Assembly: GCA_002753335.1 (NCBI GenBank)
Contig: PEAD01000012.1
Span: 1-64,000 of the forward strand
Direction of reading: 5' to 3'
Length of the DNA: 64,000 nt
Source of the DNA: Nitrospirae bacterium MYbin3
GTDB lineage: Bacteria; Nitrospirota; Thermodesulfovibrionia; Thermodesulfovibrionales; Dissulfurispiraceae
A program made the translations under genes and the position numbers. Below the pieces are notes generated by a model. That model had not been told where the DNA came from, did not search any database, and worked only from the letters and a program-made list of their open reading frames with translations. Shown one piece after another: positions 38,907 to 48,286 of this stretch (position 1 is its first letter; each line of letters begins with the position of its first letter).

Positions 38907-41900
38907 ATGCATGCTGCATCAGGAAAATACATTCAAGGCTTTGAACATTGTCTATTCAGGCTGTTTCATAATACGCTTCTTTATTCTTTGCCTGTCTTTC
39001 TGACGCTTATATTTGCGAACATATCTTTTGCTGAAGAGCAATGGGCCAAGACCTTCGGCGGCTCAGGCCGGGAAGAGGCATATTCAGTAGAGCAGACTAG
39101 CGATGGCGGATATATTGTTGCCGGCTACACTGATTCGTTCGGTGCAGGCAATGAAGATGTATGGGTTATGAAGTTCGATGCCAGCGGCAATATAATGTGG
39201 CAAAAGACTTATGGAGGCACAGACAGCGACTGGGCAAACTCTATAAAACAGACTTCTGACGGCGGGTACATAGTTGCCGGTGTTACATATTCTTTTGGAG
39301 CAGGCAGTTCCGATATTTGGGTGCTGAAGCTTTATGACAATGGGTCTGTGCAGTGGCAGAATACATACGGAGGCACAGACAGTGACTTTGCCAACTCGGT
39401 TAGCCAGACCAGCGATGGCGGATATATTGTTGCTGGAGTAACCTATTCGTTCGGAGTTGTCAATGCGGATGCGTGGGTTTTGAAGCTCGCGGCTAACGGG
39501 ACTGAGCAATGGAATACAACATACGGCGGTGCAGGCAATGATTTTGCGAACTCTATTCAACAAACTTCGGACGGTGGATATATTGTTGCTGGGGACACAG
39601 ACTCTTTTTATACGGATTATGCTGACCATAGGTACGAGAACAGGAATGTCTGGGTTATAAAGCTAAACCCCACAGGAGGCGTCACATGGGAGCGTATATA
39701 CCAAGGCACCTCATTTGACTTTGCGAACTCTGTGCAGCAAACAAGCGATGGTGGCTATATCGTTGCTGGCTACACGTGGTCGTCCGGCGCAGGCAACGAG
39801 GATGTATGGATACTGAAGCTGGCAGATACAGGCGCTCATCAGTGGCAATACACTTACGGAGGCGCTTACAATGACTGGGCATATTCTGCCAGACAGACCT
39901 CTGATGAAGGCTTTATCGTTGTTGGAGTCACCTATTCTTTTAATTCGGCCAACGGTGATATTTGGATTCTAAAACTTTACAATAACGGCACTATCCAGTG
40001 GCAGAAGTCTTATGGGGGAGTTAGCGGAGACGGTGCTTATTCGATACGCGAGACTTCTGATGGCGGCTATATTGTTGCAGGAGTCACGTATTCGTTCGAT
40101 GCGGTGAGCGGCGATTTCTGGATTCTTAAGCTGCCCGGAAGCGGTTCGATCACCTTTTCTGCCGGAAGCGGCGCATCCCAAAACAATACCAGTTCGACTT
40201 TGGCAGCCAGCTTTATCAAGTCGGATGTAGTAACAGTATTCTCAACGCTTAACCCCGTGGACAATGTGTCGAATACATTTGTTACTCCTAAGGACAGTCT
40301 TGCTGCTGTAGCTTCCCAAAGGGAGGGGACATGTTCGTTCACTCTCTCATCAGACAATAAATCTTATACATCTGAAGGAGGTGTGGATAATGTAACGGTT
40401 GCCGCTTCTCTTGGCAGCTGCACATGGCAGGCTACAACGAGCAGCTCATGGATAACCATTACCTCAGCGACGAATTTTACAGGAAGCGGCACTATGAGTT
40501 ACTCATATCCGGTCAACACGGGAGCTGTGAGGACCGGAGCGATAATCTTAGGCGGGAAAACGCTTTCTGTGACACAGAACGGCTGTACCTTTGCGCTTAC
40601 GTATGATAACACTTCATTTTCCTATTCAAGTGGAACCCGCAGCATAATAATCAGTCCGTCAAGTCAGGAATGCACATGGGAGGTTGTGAATAACTCCTCA
40701 TGGATTTCGATCACTAACAATACGAGCGGTTCAGGCAGTTATACGCTTGGATATTCTGTTTCGGCGAATACAGCATCGAGTATGCGCACTGCCAATATTA
40801 CTGTAGCAGGACAAACGGTCACTATAACGCAGGAAGCTATCTGTAGTTATACACTTTCGTCCTTGGAGCAAGCGTTCACTTCGACTGGCGGCAGCGGCAG
40901 CGTGAATGTAACCGCAACTCCGTCGAACTGTTCATGGAGCGTAAGCAAAAACGCAAATTGGATAACCCTTACTTCGGCCACGAGCGGCACTGGAAACGGC
41001 ATAGTGACATACACAGTGGCTGGCAGATCAGATTCAGGGCCCAGTTTTTCTGGCGCGCTAACTATTGCCGGTCTGACACATTCCGTTACTCAATCGGCTG
41101 CTACATCAGGCCAGTCAAATAATTTAGCCGGAACCAGCGGTTCAGGGACAGGCTCAACAACGGTGACAGGTACAGGAACGACCGGTACAACAGGAACTGG
41201 CACAACCGGCAGTTCGACAACAGGAACCGGTGGTACTACAGGACAGACGGCTACAGTTGTGGTTGGCGCCGATACTCCTATTTTTGCAACCGCTTCAGAC
41301 CAGGTTACAACATCCTCTTCTCAATCAGAAAGCGCGGCTAAGGCAGGTGTGTCGGTTCCGGGCAGCGGATGTTTATACACCCTCTCTTCATCGAGTGTTT
41401 CGATGGGACCTGCCGGCGGCACGGGATCCGTAACGGTTTCTGTATCTTCCAAATCTGCCAACGCATGCACATGGATTGCTTCGAGCGGTTCTCAATGGAT
41501 ATCCATAACAGGAGGAGGGTCTGGAGCAGGCACAGGTGTTGTAAGTTTTTTTGTATCGCCCAATAATGGCAGGGAGAGAACCGGCTCTCTTGCAATAGCC
41601 GGACAAACGATTGTTGTAACACAGGAAGAGCTGCCGTGCACATATTCGATAAATCCGCAGGGGCAGGCTTTTAGCAGCTTCAAGGGTTCTGGTTCAGTTG
41701 TGGTTGCGGCGTTTCCTGAATATTGTGTTTGGGATGCTTTCAGCAGCGATTCATGGCTTTCGGTTTCTTTTGGGGACAAAGGCATGGGCAATGGGGTGGT
41801 TTATTACGGAGTTGCCGAAAATGCAGGCTCCGCTGCCCGTGTCGGCACTATCAAGATCGCTGGATATACGTTTCCGGTTACTCAGGAAGGCGTGCAATGC

Positions 41901-43421
41901 AATTTTGTGCTGTCTAAGAGCGCTCATAATTTTGGCGTTTCGGGTGGAGAGGGCGATGTCATGGTTTCGACCATCGATCCGAAATGCCCTCGTGATGTTG
42001 TCAGCAATGCCGACTGGATAAAAATTACTTCAGGAGATTCAGGGACCGGAAGCGGAACCATAGGCTTTTCGGTGCCTGCCAATACAGGGGCACCCAGAAA
42101 ATCTACATTTACGGTGTCTGGCAGGCCGTTCACCGTATCACAAGGTTCAGACTGCGCCTATGCTATTTCTCCTCTAAGCAAGTCTTTTAGTTTGTCCGGC
42201 GGCAGCGGTGAAATAGAGGTTAAGACCTCTATGAGTACCTGCAAATGGGATGCAGCATCAGAGGTTGAATGGATCACCGCAAGCGGGTCGGATACCGGCG
42301 GCGGCAGGCTTCAGTTTTCGGTTTTGGCCAACAGCGGACCACCGAGAACAGGAACAATAACTGTTGCGGGGCAGCAGTTTACGGTCACTCAGGGTTCGGA
42401 TTGCGGGTACGAGGTTTCTCCTACAAGCCAAGCGGTTGGTTTAGGCGGAGGAACAGGAACAATAAACATAAAGACCTCTGCCGAATCATGCATAAGAACT
42501 GCTTTGAGCAATGCGGACTGGATAAATGTTACCTCCGGCTCGGAGGAAAAAGGTAGCGGTGCTATAACTTTTTCTGTTGCGGCCAACAGCGGGCCGCCAA
42601 GGACCGGGACTATCAGTGTTGCTGATCAGTTGTTCACCGTTACTCAAGGTTCGGAGTGCGCATATACCGTATCCCCAACCAGCCAGTCTTTCAGCATAAA
42701 TGGAGGATCTGGAGCTATAAGCATAAAAGCCTCGCGAGGCGACTGCAAGTGGGAAGTTGCCAACAGCGCAGACTGGGTTGTATTGACCTCGCCACCTGCA
42801 GGAAGGGGCAGCGGTATTGTCCGCTTCACCGCGATATCTAATACAGGCCTGCCGAGAAGCTCTAAAATTGAGGTGGGAGGCGCCAAGTTTGCTGTATCGC
42901 AAGAGGGCTGCGGTTATACTGTTTCACCCGCTATGCTCAATTATCCTGCAGGAGGCGGAACCGCGAGCTTGAGCGTAAAAACAACCGGTGATAAATGCAG
43001 CAGGGAAATAAACGCGGTTGTTGATTGGATAAATATAGGTTCAGGCAAGAATGAGTTAGGCAGCGGCAGCATTCTTGTAAATGTTTTCCCCAACAAAGGT
43101 CCTGCAAGGAGCGAGCAGATATTTATAGGCGGACAGGCTGTGATGATTAAGCAGGATTCGGGCTGCTCGTTTAGTTTTTCGTCCCAGACTCAGTCTTTTG
43201 GAGCATCCGGAGGCCAGGGCAGCATTTTCCTGAAGGCATCTTCGGATGTATGCATCCCTCAAGCCGTAAGCGGTTTAGACTGGATAGTGATCGATCCGGC
43301 AGTTGGTGAAAAATCTGCCGGAGTTGTAAAATATTCAGTATTGGCGAATACCACCGGCAAAAAGAGGGAAGGCTTTATAACAGTTTCTGGCAAAAGGTTT
43401 GTTGTAATTCAGGATAAATAA
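38907..43421 (+). CDS. Large secreted protein: 7-repeat beta-propeller, 11 BACON-like Ig repeats and a Thr/Gly linker
   Basis: Seven TSDGGYIVAG-type repeats; eleven C-x-[YF]...C...W[IL]...G.G...[NG]...R...[VI]TQ units; signal peptide ending SFA. Confidence 0.85.
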   Translation: MHAASGKYIQGFEHCLFRLFHNTLLYSLPVFLTLIFANISFAEEQWAKTFGGSGREEAYSVEQTSDGGYIVAGYTDSFGAGNEDVWVMKFDASGNIMWQKTYGGTDSDWANSIKQTSDGGYIVAGVTYSFGAGSSDIWVLKLYDNGSVQWQNTYGGTDSDFANSVSQTSDGGYIVAGVTYSFGVVNADAWVLKLAANGTEQWNTTYGGAGNDFANSIQQTSDGGYIVAGDTDSFYTDYADHRYENRNVWVIKLNPTGGVTWERIYQGTSFDFANSVQQTSDGGYIVAGYTWSSGAGNEDVWILKLADTGAHQWQYTYGGAYNDWAYSARQTSDEGFIVVGVTYSFNSANGDIWILKLYNNGTIQWQKSYGGVSGDGAYSIRETSDGGYIVAGVTYSFDAVSGDFWILKLPGSGSITFSAGSGASQNNTSSTLAASFIKSDVVTVFSTLNPVDNVSNTFVTPKDSLAAVASQREGTCSFTLSSDNKSYTSEGGVDNVTVAASLGSCTWQATTSSSWITITSATNFTGSGTMSYSYPVNTGAVRTGAIILGGKTLSVTQNGCTFALTYDNTSFSYSSGTRSIIISPSSQECTWEVVNNSSWISITNNTSGSGSYTLGYSVSANTASSMRTANITVAGQTVTITQEAICSYTLSSLEQAFTSTGGSGSVNVTATPSNCSWSVSKNANWITLTSATSGTGNGIVTYTVAGRSDSGPSFSGALTIAGLTHSVTQSAATSGQSNNLAGTSGSGTGSTTVTGTGTTGTTGTGTTGSSTTGTGGTTGQTATVVVGADTPIFATASDQVTTSSSQSESAAKAGVSVPGSGCLYTLSSSSVSMGPAGGTGSVTVSVSSKSANACTWIASSGSQWISITGGGSGAGTGVVSFFVSPNNGRERTGSLAIAGQTIVVTQEELPCTYSINPQGQAFSSFKGSGSVVVAAFPEYCVWDAFSSDSWLSVSFGDKGMGNGVVYYGVAENAGSAARVGTIKIAGYTFPVTQEGVQCNFVLSKSAHNFGVSGGEGDVMVSTIDPKCPRDVVSNADWIKITSGDSGTGSGTIGFSVPANTGAPRKSTFTVSGRPFTVSQGSDCAYAISPLSKSFSLSGGSGEIEVKTSMSTCKWDAASEVEWITASGSDTGGGRLQFSVLANSGPPRTGTITVAGQQFTVTQGSDCGYEVSPTSQAVGLGGGTGTINIKTSAESCIRTALSNADWINVTSGSEEKGSGAITFSVAANSGPPRTGTISVADQLFTVTQGSECAYTVSPTSQSFSINGGSGAISIKASRGDCKWEVANSADWVVLTSPPAGRGSGIVRFTAISNTGLPRSSKIEVGGAKFAVSQEGCGYTVSPAMLNYPAGGGTASLSVKTTGDKCSREINAVVDWINIGSGKNELGSGSILVNVFPNKGPARSEQIFIGGQAVMIKQDSGCSFSFSSQTQSFGASGGQGSIFLKASSDVCIPQAVSGLDWIVIDPAVGEKSAGVVKYSVLANTTGKKREGFITVSGKRFVVIQDK

Positions 43422-43446
43422 GAAAATAACGATCAGGGAGGCTATA

Positions 43447-44565
43447 GTGAAAAAAGGGGTTTTGTTTTCTGTTTGTTTTTTTGTTATTGCGGCTTTTTTA
43501 GTCGGATGCGGAGCCAAGAAAGACGATACAATTAAGGTCGCAGTTGCCGGCCCTATGACCGGTTCGATAGCCAAAATGGGATCAGATTTTAAAAACGGAG
43601 CAACAATTGCTGTTGAAGAATGGAATGCCAAGGGCGGCGTATTGGGCAAGAAGATAGAGATTGTTATAGGGGATGATGCATCTGATCCCAAGCAGGCTGT
43701 TGCGGTTGCCAACAAGCTTGTCAACGGAGGCATGGCAGGTATTGTCGGGCATTTCAACTCGAGCTGCTCCATACCTGCATCCGAGGTTTATAACCGTGCA
43801 GGTATTCCGATGATAACTCCTGCATCCACAAACCCGCAGCTTACTGACAGAGGCCTTAAGGGCGTATTCAGGATATGCGGCAGGGACGACCAGCAGGGCA
43901 AAGTGGGCGCCGAGTTTGTGAAGGGAAAGCTCAACTCTAAGAAGGTCGCGGTCATTCATGACAAGACCACATATGGGCAGGGGCTTGCGGATGAGTTCAA
44001 GAAAAATCTTTCTGCCGCCACAGAAGTTGTTTATTACGGCGGCGTAACAATAGGTGATAAGGACTTCAAATCTGTGCTCACTTCGGTAAAGGAAAAGAAG
44101 CCCGAGATTATATACTTTGGAGGCGTTTTCCCCGAGGCTGGACTGATGGTAAAGCAGGCTAGAGAGATAGGGCTGAGCTCTCCGTTCATGAGCGGAGACG
44201 GCACGATAGATCCTAAGTTCATAGAGATAGCGGGTGAAAAGGCTGCCGAAGGCACGTATTTGAGCTTCAGCCCTGATCCTAAGAATATCCCGGCGGCACA
44301 AGCCTTTATCGAGAAGTACAAAGCTAAATTTGGAGAGCTTGGCCCCTATTCGATATACGCTTACGATGCTATGAACGCTTTGCTGACAGGGATAAAGGAA
44401 GCAGGTTCAGCCGATGGCAAGCCTGTTACCGACAAGCTGCATGCGTTGGAGTTTTCTGGGGCCCTAGGCAAGTACAGGTTTACCGAAAAAGGCGACATTG
44501 CCGGCTCGCCCTATGTAATCTGGATAACAAAAAACGGCAAATTCGAGGAGCATTGGAAACCTTGA
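43447..44565 (+). CDS. livK: Branched-chain amino acid ABC substrate-binding lipoprotein
   Basis: Lipobox LVGC; GHFNSSCSIPAS, GRDDQQG, HDKTTYGQGLA. Confidence 0.92.
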   Translation: MKKGVLFSVCFFVIAAFLVGCGAKKDDTIKVAVAGPMTGSIAKMGSDFKNGATIAVEEWNAKGGVLGKKIEIVIGDDASDPKQAVAVANKLVNGGMAGIVGHFNSSCSIPASEVYNRAGIPMITPASTNPQLTDRGLKGVFRICGRDDQQGKVGAEFVKGKLNSKKVAVIHDKTTYGQGLADEFKKNLSAATEVVYYGGVTIGDKDFKSVLTSVKEKKPEIIYFGGVFPEAGLMVKQAREIGLSSPFMSGDGTIDPKFIEIAGEKAAEGTYLSFSPDPKNIPAAQAFIEKYKAKFGELGPYSIYAYDAMNALLTGIKEAGSADGKPVTDKLHALEFSGALGKYRFTEKGDIAGSPYVIWITKNGKFEEHWKP

Positions 44566-44567
44566 CA

Positions 44568-44597
44568 TTGACATAACATAGGCTAACTAACTATAAT
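44568..44597 (+). promoter_or_regulatory. Consensus sigma70 promoter of rpmH-yidD-yidC
   Basis: TTGACA-N18-TATAAT; a second TTGACA lies immediately upstream. Confidence 0.8.
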
Positions 44598-44628
44598 TTT
44601 AGTTCAAATTTTTTTGGGAGGTTGAAGC

Positions 44629-44769
44629 GTGTCAACTTATACGACCTTTAATCCGCATAACAGCAGACGCAAAAAGACGCACGGCTTTCTTGTCCGCATG
44701 CATACGCCCGGCGGCAGAAAGATCATCAAGAATAGAAGGCGCAAAGGCCGGAAGCGCTTGGCCGGATAA
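44629..44769 (+). CDS. rpmH: 50S ribosomal protein L34 (not in the ORF track)
   Basis: GTG start after [51 protein letters not shown]. Confidence 0.95.
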   Translation: MSTYTTFNPHNSRRKKTHGFLVRMHTPGGRKIIKNRRRKGRKRLAG

Positions 44770-44790
44770 CGGCGGACTGAAGCAGTATTC

Positions 44791-45000
44791 TTGAAGGCAG
44801 TTTTAATCTTTTTTGTAAAGTTTTACAGATACGCAGTTTCGCCTATTCTGCCTTCAAGCTGCAGGTTTGAGCCTTCATGTTCGGCCTATTCGCTTGAGGC
44901 TATTGAAAAATACGGAGCCCTGAAGGGCTCTTTTCTTTCTTTTAAGAGATTGTTGAAGTGCCATCCATTTCATCCGGGAGGATATGATCCGGTTAGATAA
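44791..45000 (+). CDS. yidD: Membrane protein insertion efficiency factor
   Basis: [26 protein letters not shown]. Confidence 0.95.
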   Translation: MKAVLIFFVKFYRYAVSPILPSSCRFEPSCSAYSLEAIEKYGALKGSFLSFKRLLKCHPFHPGGYDPVR

Positions 45001-45020
45001 ACTCCGGTTCACACGCAAGT

Positions 45021-46589
45021 ATGGAAAAAAGAATGTTTCTCGCCATAATCATTTCGGTTGCGATACTTATAGGTTCGCAGTATTTTTATATGCAGTTCAT
45101 GCCTCCTCCGCCTCTTCCTGATAATACGAGCTTAAGCGAAAAGAATACCAAAGAAACCCAGCCACAGCCGCCGCAACAGATGGCTGCAGGGACAACAGAT
45201 GCACAGAAGCCCGCAAAACAGATTGCGGGTAAGCCTACAGCACCAGCGGTCGTTAAAGAGATTAAGGTTGAAACCGATTTTTATACGGTTGTTCTGACAT
45301 CACAGGGCGCTTCGGTTAAATCAGTAGCGCTCAAACATTATAAAGACAAAGATGGCAAACCGATAGTTCTTAAATCGGATGATATGCTTAGACCATTGTC
45401 TTTAGGTCATGACGACAGCTTCGGTCTTGCAGGCGCATTGTTTAGCACCTCCAGTGGCGACATAACTCTGCAATCCCCTGCCAAACCGGCTTCGGTGGTT
45501 TTCGAATATTCGTCAGAAGGCCGTTCTATCCGCAGAACCTATACATTTATTTCCGGCACATATGGGATTGATGTCAAGGATGAAACGAGCGGTATTCCGT
45601 CATATTGGGTTGCTCTTGGCAAAGATTTTGGCGTTTACGAAAAAGACGATTCGGTGCATTTCGGGCCGGTTGTTTTGAGGGATACAGACAGAGATGAATA
45701 TACGCAAGGAAAAGTAAAGGAGCCCAAGGTTTACAATGCCGGAGTAAAGTGGCTTGCGCAGGAAGATAAATATTTCTTTGCCTCTATTATTCCTAAAGGG
45801 GCCCTGCAGGAGACCAAAATATGGGACAGGCAAAACGATATTGTCGCTGCGATTAAGGTTGGCGGCGGCTCGAACAACTATATGTTTTATGCAGGCCCCA
45901 AGGAACATGACAACCTGAAAAAGTTAGGAGTAGGACTGGAGCATATAGTTGATTTTGGAATGTTCTCGATACTCGCTCTGCCGCTTTTTTGGCTGCTTAA
46001 GGTCTTCTACAATGTGACGCATAATTACGGTATTGCCATAACTATCGTAACTGTCATTGTCAGGATTCCTTTCATCCCTATAATCAATAAGGGACAGGCC
46101 TCGATGAAGCGTATGCAGGAGATTCAGCCGAAGATGGCCGAAATTAAGGAAAAATACAAGAACGACCCTCAGAAAATGCAGAAAGAAACCATGGAGCTTT
46201 ACAAAAAGCACAAGGTGAATCCGTTCGGCGGATGTCTGCCTATGCTTCTTCAGATCCCGGTATTCTTTGCCCTATATAAGGTGCTGCTTCTTGCCATAGA
46301 ACTCAGGAATGCGCCTTTAGCCCTTTGGGTGACCGATCTGGCATCAAAAGACCCATACTATGTGCTGCCTATAATCATGGGCGCCACAATGGTTATACAG
46401 CAGAAGATGACGCCTTCTGCAATGGATCCGATGCAGCAGAAGATGATGATGCTTATGCCGGTAGTATTTACTTTTATGTTTTTGACATTCCCGTCTGGGC
46501 TTGTTTTGTACTGGCTGGTAAACAATGTCCTGAGCATAATTCAGCAGTACTTTGTGAACAAGAAGGCCGAAAAAACCGCCGCAGCCTAA
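45021..46589 (+). CDS. yidC: Membrane protein insertase
   Basis: YAGPK, GGCLPMLLQIPVFFALY, PSGLVLYW. Confidence 0.97.
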   Translation: MEKRMFLAIIISVAILIGSQYFYMQFMPPPPLPDNTSLSEKNTKETQPQPPQQMAAGTTDAQKPAKQIAGKPTAPAVVKEIKVETDFYTVVLTSQGASVKSVALKHYKDKDGKPIVLKSDDMLRPLSLGHDDSFGLAGALFSTSSGDITLQSPAKPASVVFEYSSEGRSIRRTYTFISGTYGIDVKDETSGIPSYWVALGKDFGVYEKDDSVHFGPVVLRDTDRDEYTQGKVKEPKVYNAGVKWLAQEDKYFFASIIPKGALQETKIWDRQNDIVAAIKVGGGSNNYMFYAGPKEHDNLKKLGVGLEHIVDFGMFSILALPLFWLLKVFYNVTHNYGIAITIVTVIVRIPFIPIINKGQASMKRMQEIQPKMAEIKEKYKNDPQKMQKETMELYKKHKVNPFGGCLPMLLQIPVFFALYKVLLLAIELRNAPLALWVTDLASKDPYYVLPIIMGATMVIQQKMTPSAMDPMQQKMMMLMPVVFTFMFLTFPSGLVLYWLVNNVLSIIQQYFVNKKAEKTAAA

Positions 46590-46602
46590 GATTATGCTTA
46601 CT

Positions 46603-46654
46603 ATATAAAGGCATCAAAGTACATGATCATGTGCTTTGATGCCTTTATATTTTT
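46603..46654 (+). terminator. 48-bp near-perfect palindrome/terminator after yidC
   Basis: ATATAAAGGCATCAAAGTACATGA|TCATGTGCTTTGATGCCTTTATAT (one G-U pair), then T residues. Confidence 0.8.
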
Positions 46655-46697
46655 GCTTTATCTGTAGAAATTTAGTATTGTAAAACAACTTTATTTT

Positions 46698-47939
46698 ATG
46701 GAGAGGTTTTTGAAGAAACCACTGGTATTTTATCTTATTGATGATGACTTGGATGTTTTGACCCTTGTTAGGTTTTTGCTGGAAGACGCCGGTTATCAGG
46801 TATATTCTTCAACTTCGAGCAAAAAGGCTGTTGAGGAGATAATCGCAAAACGCCCCGATGTGGTGTTGACAGACATAATGATGCCTGAACTTGATGGCTT
46901 TGAAGTCTGCAAAAAACTCCGTGAGGTCGACGAACTTAAGAACACAAAAATAATAATGCTCACAGCAAAGACATATGATTTTGATCGCAGAAGGGCGCAT
47001 CAATTAGGGGCTGATGACTATGTGCACAAACCCTTTATTACAGAAACTTTTGTAGCACAAATAGAAGCATTGATAGCAGACCGCATGACCCTAACTTACT
47101 GGGGAGTCAGGGGTACACTACCTGTGCCGGGCAATAGAGCGCTGCGTTATGGCGGAAACACATCATGCGTTACGCTTTCTTTTAAAGATGATCAGTTTTT
47201 TGTTTTTGATGCCGGCACCGGGATAAAGGAGCTGTCAGACCATCTGCTGTCTCAGGGAAAGTTGAAAAGCTCTGCGAAAATTTTTATTTCGCACCCTCAT
47301 TGGGATCACATAAACGCTTTGCCTTTTTTTGCTCCAATGTACATACAGGGAGGAGAATTCGAGATCTGCGGGCCTCTGCAGGGCGATATGACAATGCGCG
47401 AGATGATAAGCTACCAGATGGACAGCATTTATTTTCCGATCACTATTCGTGAATTCGGAGCAAGGGTTTATTTCAGAAATCTTCGTGAAGAAAAAATATC
47501 ATATGATGGTACGGACATATCAACCATGCTTTTGACCCATCCTGGAAATTGTTTAGGGTATCGCATAAAGCGTAAAGACACCACTGTATGCTACGTGACC
47601 GACAATGAGTTGTTTCTTGACGGAGCTCCAGAATTTAATGCAACTCAATTCAATAAATTGGTATCTTTTGTGCAAGGTGCAGATATTCTTATCACAGACA
47701 CCACATACAGTGATGAAGAGTACAAAACAAAGGTGGGATGGGGGCATTCCTGTGCAAGTCAGGTGGCTCGTCTTGCACATAATGCAGGAGTTGGGACGCT
47801 CCATCTTTTCCATCACGACCCCAGCCAAGACGATGATGCTATAGATAAAAAACTGGCTCAGGCAGAAAAGGCTTTAAAAGAGCTGGGATCTTCAACAAAA
47901 TGCATCGCACCTGCAGAACGTGACAGCTTTACCATATGA
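46698..47939 (+). CDS. Response regulator receiver fused to an MBL-fold metallo-hydrolase (phosphodiesterase-like)
   Basis: LTDIMMP receiver; WGVRGT, YGGNTSC, SHPHWDH, GWGHS, FHHDP; start may be TTG 46710. Confidence 0.88.
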   Translation: MERFLKKPLVFYLIDDDLDVLTLVRFLLEDAGYQVYSSTSSKKAVEEIIAKRPDVVLTDIMMPELDGFEVCKKLREVDELKNTKIIMLTAKTYDFDRRRAHQLGADDYVHKPFITETFVAQIEALIADRMTLTYWGVRGTLPVPGNRALRYGGNTSCVTLSFKDDQFFVFDAGTGIKELSDHLLSQGKLKSSAKIFISHPHWDHINALPFFAPMYIQGGEFEICGPLQGDMTMREMISYQMDSIYFPITIREFGARVYFRNLREEKISYDGTDISTMLLTHPGNCLGYRIKRKDTTVCYVTDNELFLDGAPEFNATQFNKLVSFVQGADILITDTTYSDEEYKTKVGWGHSCASQVARLAHNAGVGTLHLFHHDPSQDDDAIDKKLAQAEKALKELGSSTKCIAPAERDSFTI

Positions 47940-47967
47940 CGTGGATGCTGCTTCATAGACGCAGGAA

Positions 47968-48270
47968 CTACTCGTAAACTATTTCCAAACGGTCGAGGTA
48001 GTCAGTAAGTTCGTCGATCAGTTTTTTTATCTCAGTGCCGTCACCGCTTTTTGCTGCGCTCTCAAGTGTTCTGCCCATTTCGGTTATCTTGTCAAACCCA
48101 TAACCGCTGCCCGAACCCTTCAGGTCATGACCTATTTTGCGCAAGCCATCATAATCGTTTTTTGCCAGCGCCTCACTCAACAAACCAATATCCCTGTGTC
48201 TGTTGTCGATATATCCCGGTACAAGGTCTGCTATATCAGGGTCGACCTTTACAATGATTTTCTCAGGCAT
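47968..48270 (-). CDS. Stand-alone Hpt phosphotransfer protein
   Basis: GHDLKGSGSGYG. Confidence 0.9.
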   Translation of the reverse strand: MPEKIIVKVDPDIADLVPGYIDNRHRDIGLLSEALAKNDYDGLRKIGHDLKGSGSGYGFDKITEMGRTLESAAKSGDGTEIKKLIDELTDYLDRLEIVYE

Positions 48271-48286
48271 GTTTCACCTCACTTTA

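Noticed and set aside
39040..40130. DNA-level repeats as a CRISPR array or DGR template/variable pair
   Set aside because: They are in-frame protein repeats with synonymous divergence; no cas or reverse transcriptase gene in the window
41130..41250. ACAGG/ACCGG-rich stretch as a VNTR or contingency locus
   Set aside because: Degenerate codons of a Thr/Gly linker, not exact tandem units
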